Source of the DNA: Alphaproteobacteria bacterium
GTDB lineage: Bacteria > Pseudomonadota > Alphaproteobacteria > JAAXGF01
Length of the DNA: 64,000 nucleotides
Assembly (NCBI GenBank): GCA_963555825.3
Contig: CAUVXB020000002.1
Coordinates: forward strand, 2,592,001-2,656,000
Reading direction: 5' to 3'
The notes beneath the pieces are model-generated. The model ran no database searches and was not told the DNA's origin. It was given only the letters and a program-made list of their open reading frames with translations. This document shows, one piece after another, positions 59,413 through 64,000 of the stretch; within the stretch, counting starts at the first letter, position 1; every line of letters starts with the position of its first letter. Made by a program: the position numbers and the translations under genes.

Positions 59413-59484
59413 AAGGCGCCCTATATGGCGCGGCGCGACGGCGGAGTCCAACGGATTCAGCGACGGCAGTGTGCCACCGAGTCC

Positions 59485-60312
59485 TCAGTCGAAGGCGTCT
59501 GGCGAGCCCTTGGCGCGCGAGATCGCCCTGGCGGCGAGGACGACAGCCGGCGCCAGGCGAGCGCGCACATCTTCGACCGACCAGCGTGCCGTCGGCACCG
59601 GGATGTTCAGCGCGGCCGTGGCGGCGCCGGTGTCGTTGAAGATCGCCGCGGCGACCGAGATCTCGCCGATCACGAACTCTTGGTCGACGATCGCGAAGCC
59701 GTCCGACCGGGCGGCCTCGATATGACGCATGATCGCGTCGACCTCGGTGTGCGTCGTCGGGGTGAGCGGGTTGCGTTCGCTCGTTGCAATTATTTCACGG
59801 ACACGGTCGTTGGGCAGATCGGCGAGCAGGACCCGCCCCGCGCTGGTGCAAAACGCAGGTCGCCGAGACCCGACGACGGCGCCAGTGCGTACCCCTCTTC
59901 GCGGCATGCGGACGATGCTGATGATCTCGGCGCCATCGAGCTGGCTGAGGTTGACGGCTTCGTCACACTGTTTGCCGAGGTCGATCATGTGCGGCGTCGC
60001 GACCTCGGCGAGCCGGTCGGCGCACAGATAGATGAATGAGAAATCGAGAAGTTTCGGCGCGACGCCGTAACGCCGCGTCCGGGCGTCTCTGCTCAAGTAG
60101 CCGAGACGGCAGAGCGTGTGGATGAAACGCTGCGCGGCGCTCGGGTGCAACCCTGTCCGTTTGGCAATCTCACCGAGGCCAAGGGACGTCCCGCCTTGGC
60201 GAAACGCATAGAGGACCCGCAGCCCCTTTTCGAGGGATTTCACGTACAGCGCGCCCTCGCGCGGCCTACCCGCCCGTGCCGTTGATGCCATGCCGACGCC
60301 TTCCACAGCCAT
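59485..60312 (-). CDS. IclR-family regulator (PcaR/PobR-like)
   Basis: YVKSLEKGLRVL HTH; GSRRPAFCTSAGRVLLA; DQEF..GEISVAA. Confidence 0.92.
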   Translation of the reverse strand: MAVEGVGMASTARAGRPREGALYVKSLEKGLRVLYAFRQGGTSLGLGEIAKRTGLHPSAAQRFIHTLCRLGYLSRDARTRRYGVAPKLLDFSFIYLCADRLAEVATPHMIDLGKQCDEAVNLSQLDGAEIISIVRMPRRGVRTGAVVGSRRPAFCTSAGRVLLADLPNDRVREIIATSERNPLTPTTHTEVDAIMRHIEAARSDGFAIVDQEFVIGEISVAAAIFNDTGAATAALNIPVPTARWSVEDVRARLAPAVVLAARAISRAKGSPDAFD

Positions 60313-60354
60313 GCTAACCGTGCCGACAATGCCCTCATTGACGCGTCGGCTCGA

Positions 60355-60415
60355 ATGGATGTAACATTAAATAATAATAGTAAATATTGCAATACGATTA
60401 TAAAGTGAATCATCG
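60355..60415. promoter_or_regulatory. AT-rich divergent promoter/operator
   Basis: Strongly AT-rich tract containing palindrome tattgcaata (60385-60394) between the IclR and CA genes. Confidence 0.55.
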
Positions 60416-60444
60416 CCGGCGCGTTGATATGTGGAAGGGATACC

Positions 60445-61038
60445 ATGGTCACGAGCAACCAGCCGGAGGATTGGCTCGATCAGATGCGTGCGGCAAACGA
60501 TGCGTTTCGGGCGCGCGTCGATCACGAACGCCTGCCGGTCGAACGCAAACCGTCACCCTATGCCGTGATCACTTGCATGGACCCGCGCGTGAACCTTGAA
60601 TGCATCGGCATCCCGTCGTTCGGGTCGGACGGCGCCGGACCGTCGAGCGTGCGCATCGTTCGAACGATCGGCGGCATGGCCGACGAGCGGTCGTTGTTCA
60701 TCGGCGTGTATCTCGCCGGCATCAAGGAGTGGGCGGTGGTCATGCACAGCGATTGTGGCTGCTGTCACGCGGCCAAGAAGATCGACACGATCGTCGAGAG
60801 CATGACGGCGAGCCTGGACGCGGCCGGGCAGGCGCGCGTTCGGGCACGGATGGGCGAGCCATTCCGCGAACGGCTGGCCGACTGGCTCAAGGTATTCGAC
60901 GATCCCAGAGAGGCGGTGAAGCGTGAGATCTCGGCGATCCGCAGCCTAGACTTCGTGCCCTGGTCGATGCCGGTTCACGGCATCGTCTTTGATTTGGCGG
61001 ACGCGAAGATCGACGTCGTCGTCAACGGTTACGCGTGA
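60445..61038 (+). CDS. Beta-class carbonic anhydrase family protein
   Basis: Zn ligands CMDPR and HSDCG; RTIGG; VHGIVFD. Confidence 0.85.
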   Translation: MVTSNQPEDWLDQMRAANDAFRARVDHERLPVERKPSPYAVITCMDPRVNLECIGIPSFGSDGAGPSSVRIVRTIGGMADERSLFIGVYLAGIKEWAVVMHSDCGCCHAAKKIDTIVESMTASLDAAGQARVRARMGEPFRERLADWLKVFDDPREAVKREISAIRSLDFVPWSMPVHGIVFDLADAKIDVVVNGYA

Positions 61039-61047
61039 CCCGGCGGC

Positions 61048-61497
61048 TCAGCCGTCCGACAAGGCCCGATAGGCGTGGCGCAGGGCGTCGGGCATCGGCG
61101 TCGAGCGGTTGGTCTCGAGATCGACCAGCACGCTGACCGCATCGGAAGTCGCGACGCATCGGCCGTCGGCGAACAACGCCTGGCCGAGCAGGCAGGAGCT
61201 GCGCCCGAAGCTCAGCACCCGGGTGCCGACGCGGACCGCGCCCGGGAAGTGGAGCTGCGCCAGGTAGTCGATCGTCATGCGCACGATCATCGTCGTCGTG
61301 CCCGGCGCGAGCGCGCGCGAGCCGGGCACGACGACGAAGGCGACGCGGCCGGCCTCGAAGATCTCGGCATAGGCGACGTTGTTGACGTGGCCCGCCGGGT
61401 CGAGGTCGGCGAAGCGCAGCACATGGTCCTTCCAGTGGCGGTACCGCGCGGCGTCGACGAGGTCGACGTCGCCCAATTTGTGCTGCGCCTCGGCCAT
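61048..61497 (-). CDS. Acyl-CoA thioesterase (4HBT/YbgC-like)
   Basis: RFADLDPAGHVNNVAY..FEAGR. Confidence 0.9.
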   Translation of the reverse strand: MAEAQHKLGDVDLVDAARYRHWKDHVLRFADLDPAGHVNNVAYAEIFEAGRVAFVVVPGSRALAPGTTTMIVRMTIDYLAQLHFPGAVRVGTRVLSFGRSSCLLGQALFADGRCVATSDAVSVLVDLETNRSTPMPDALRHAYRALSDG

Positions 61498-61500
61498 GGT

Positions 61501-62523
61501 CTAATCCCTGCCCAAGCCGTCGAGGAAGGCCACCAGATTGGTGCCGAGCATCGCGCAGTCGTAGCCGCCTTCCTGGACCAATACGGTCGGCGCATCGAGC
61601 GCGCCGATCGCGCGGCCGGCGGCGCGGAAGCCCTCGGTCGTCACCTTGAGGCCGGACAGCGGATCGTCCTGGTAGGCGTCGAAGCCGAGCGAGATCAAAA
61701 GCGCCTCGGCGCCGTGCGCGCGGATCGCATCGAGGCCGCGGCCGATCGCCGCGAGATAGACGTCGTCGCCCGTACCCAGCGCGAGTGGCAGGTTGAGGTT
61801 GGCGCCTTCGCCCGCGCCCGCGCCGTGCTCGTCGGCGTAACCGGCGTAGAACGGATAGAAGGCGCTGGGATCGGCGTGGACCGAGACGAAAAGGACGTCG
61901 CCGCGATCGTAGAAGATACCCTGGGTACCGTTGCCGTGGTGCACGTCGATGTCGAGGATCGCGACGCGGCCGAGCGTGGCGGCCATGTGATGGGCGGCGA
62001 CCGCGACGTTGTTGAGGAAGCAGAAGCCGCCGGCCATGTCGCTGTACGCGTGGTGGCCGGGCGGCCGGCACAGACCGTATGCGACGTTCGCGCCGTCGAG
62101 CACGAGCTGGGCCGCGTGGGTCGCGACATTGGCGCCCAAGCACGCCGCCGCCCAGGTATTTGGACCGATCGGGCAGGCGGTGTCGGCCATGTGATAGCCG
62201 GCCTGGCCGACGACGCCTTCCGGGTAGTGGCTCATGTTGCGCGTCGGATGCATGTTCGGCACGACCTCGTCGCCGGCCACCGGGTGGTCCTGCCAGCGCG
62301 CATGCACGGTCTCGAGGAAGGTGAGATGCCGGGCCGCATGCACGGCCTCGCGCGGGCCGGGCCCGAAGTCGTCCGGCGCGACGATGGTGTGGCCGCCGGC
62401 GCGCGCCGCGGCGACCAGGTTCTCGGCGCGCTCAGGCACCTCGGGGTTGTCGACCCGGGTGCCGCGCACCAGAAAATGCTTCGGCGCGTGCCGGCGGTGG
62501 GCGTCGGAATAGACGACCTGCAT
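61501..62523 (-). CDS. Histone-deacetylase-family protein (acetylpolyamine amidohydrolase-like)
   Basis: RPPGHHA, GGFCFLNN, DIDVHHGNGTQ, SLGFD, VQEGGY. Confidence 0.93.
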   Translation of the reverse strand: MQVVYSDAHRRHAPKHFLVRGTRVDNPEVPERAENLVAAARAGGHTIVAPDDFGPGPREAVHAARHLTFLETVHARWQDHPVAGDEVVPNMHPTRNMSHYPEGVVGQAGYHMADTACPIGPNTWAAACLGANVATHAAQLVLDGANVAYGLCRPPGHHAYSDMAGGFCFLNNVAVAAHHMAATLGRVAILDIDVHHGNGTQGIFYDRGDVLFVSVHADPSAFYPFYAGYADEHGAGAGEGANLNLPLALGTGDDVYLAAIGRGLDAIRAHGAEALLISLGFDAYQDDPLSGLKVTTEGFRAAGRAIGALDAPTVLVQEGGYDCAMLGTNLVAFLDGLGRD

Positions 62524-62538
62524 GGTGAGACGTCCGGG

Positions 62539-63606
62539 CTAGTTGAAATCGTTGGCGCGCGCGAGCTCGGCCTTGGCGCCGGCGAACTCGACGAAGTGGC
62601 TGGCGCCGGTCTCGATCGCCAATTCGAACGCGCGCATGGCGGCGTCGCGCTCGCCCCGGATCAGATGAAGCTGGCCGATGTAGAAATGGGCCTCGCATTC
62701 GTGCTCGCGCGCCCCCGCCTGGTCGATCGCCCTGGCGGCGGCGATGACCTCGGCGGCGTCAGCGCGGCCCAGGTAGAGATCGGCGATACGGCCGGGCCAG
62801 GCGGCGCGGTCGCGCTTGTCGGCGACGGCGCCGAGCGCGCCGGCGCCGTCCTCGCCGTTGCGGGCGAGCGACAGGTAGCGCCAGATCGCGCGATAGAGAT
62901 TGTCCTGGTCGGTCGCCAGCAGGTGTTCGAAGTCTTGTGCGGCGGACGAGAACCAGCCCATGTAGAACTTGGCGTTGCCGCGGCTGCCGTAGGCCTCGTC
63001 GTCGTTGGGGTCGAGTTCGATGGCCCTGTCGTAGTCGGCGACGGCGAGCGGGTACCGGCCCAGCGCCCGGTTGGTGTTGCCGCGATTGTAATAGGCGTAG
63101 GCGTAGCCGGGATCGAGCGCGACGGCGGTGTCGTAGTCGGTGATGGCGCGCTCGAATTCACCCTTGCCGTGATGAGCGACGCCGCGGTTGTTGACCACCT
63201 CGGCGTCGTTCGGTTCGAGGCGCAGCACCAGGTCATAATCGCCGATCGCGGCGTCGTAGAGGCCCTTGGCATAGCGCGCGAGGCCGCGGTTGTAGTAGGC
63301 GAAGCTGTAATCGGGCATCAACATGATCGCCGTGTCGTAGTCCTCGATCGCCTGGTCCTGCAGGTCCTTGGCGCGGTAGGCGATGCCCCGGTTGTTGAAG
63401 ACGACGGCGAGGCTCTCGCGGTCCAGCTCGCCGGTGTCGATCGCCTTGGAATAGAGCCGGATCGATTCGTCGATATCGCCGTCGACCTTGGCCTGGTAGG
63501 CCGAGCGTGCGTCCTGGAGCGCGTCGGCGCGCGCTTGCGTCGCGCCCAGCACGATCGCGAGCGCAAGGGCGCTGAGCAGCGATCGGCGCGAAACGGCGTC
63601 GAACAT
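62539..63606 (-). CDS. Exported TPR protein with NlpI-like C-terminus
   Basis: Signal peptide; AYYNRG TPRs; CEAHFYIGQ...FVEF. Confidence 0.88.
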   Translation of the reverse strand: MFDAVSRRSLLSALALAIVLGATQARADALQDARSAYQAKVDGDIDESIRLYSKAIDTGELDRESLAVVFNNRGIAYRAKDLQDQAIEDYDTAIMLMPDYSFAYYNRGLARYAKGLYDAAIGDYDLVLRLEPNDAEVVNNRGVAHHGKGEFERAITDYDTAVALDPGYAYAYYNRGNTNRALGRYPLAVADYDRAIELDPNDDEAYGSRGNAKFYMGWFSSAAQDFEHLLATDQDNLYRAIWRYLSLARNGEDGAGALGAVADKRDRAAWPGRIADLYLGRADAAEVIAAARAIDQAGAREHECEAHFYIGQLHLIRGERDAAMRAFELAIETGASHFVEFAGAKAELARANDFN

Positions 63607-63657
63607 CGACGGTCTCCGGGAAGGCTTCGAACAACACAACCACACAACGCCCCCAGC

Positions 63658-64000
63658 CTACCGTCGAACCGCCGCCGCTTGCAACGGTGGGCGGCGCGAA
63701 TCGGTCGCATTCCGGAGTGGATACGTTGGTCGAGGATTCACTCGTCGGACGGCACGGAGCGATTGAATGCGGTCCCGGCAGAAGATCCAGGAAATTCCTC
63801 GACCCAATTCGGATAACTCGTTCAGCTTTCGAATCTCAGCTCTTGCCGCCCGGGGCTCGATAAAAGTGTGGGGACAGGTCTCGTTTGTCTTTTCAAACAT
63901 TGCCATCGCCGCCGACTTATCCCCCGCGAGCAGCTTGAACTGGCCAACGTAGAAACTCGCCTCGCACAACTGACCGTGGTCGTTGTCGACCTCGGCCTGT
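63658..64000 (-). CDS. C-terminal part of a second NlpI-like TPR protein (5' end outside the window)
   Basis: CEASFYVGQ...FIEPRAARAEI parallels the C-terminus of 62539-63606. Confidence 0.7.
   Translation of the reverse strand, partial: QAEVDNDHGQLCEASFYVGQFKLLAGDKSAAMAMFEKTNETCPHTFIEPRAARAEIRKLNELSELGRGISWIFCRDRIQSLRAVRRVNPRPTYPLRNATDSRRPPLQAAAVRR

Noticed and set aside
57239-63816. Long plus-strand ORFs (828 aa and 913 aa) and similar ones elsewhere, e.g. 1608-3785 and 18620-20401
   Set aside because: Antisense to clearly recognisable genes; expected in high-GC DNA

Overview
GC-rich alphaproteobacterial-type chromosomal segment. The backbone carries housekeeping genes (gshA, ftsY, mtaB, dapF) and catabolic genes for quaternary amines and organosulfur compounds: choline sulfatase, a Rieske-type oxygenase alpha subunit, an enolase-family epimerase, a SauS-like dehydrogenase with a SucCD paralog, choline kinase, and ABC and TPAT/TRAP transporters. 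Two lower-GC accessory islands (~24.3-29.0 kb and ~39.7-55.8 kb) hold many IS elements (IS256, IS21, two IS1182, a frameshifted IS630, MITEs); a further IS630 lies at 0.3-1.4 kb. The most notable signals are: (1) a family of GTCYGC-spacer-GCRGAC palindromes at the junctions between accessory genes, targeted at their centre by IS1182-type elements (possible gene-cassette system); (2) a structurally intact c-di-GMP-I (GEMM) riboswitch with G at the ligand-pairing C92 position; (3) a membrane-anchored NB-ARC/TPR NLR-like gene with a candidate amyloid signalling motif and hypervariable 120-bp repeats; (4) a tandem pseudo-bacterioferritin; (5) an operon pairing an oxygenase with a degenerate Rieske motif with an unknown His-motif protein. 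No tRNA, rRNA or CRISPR array was recognised. All calls are by eye from motifs; no database searches were run.
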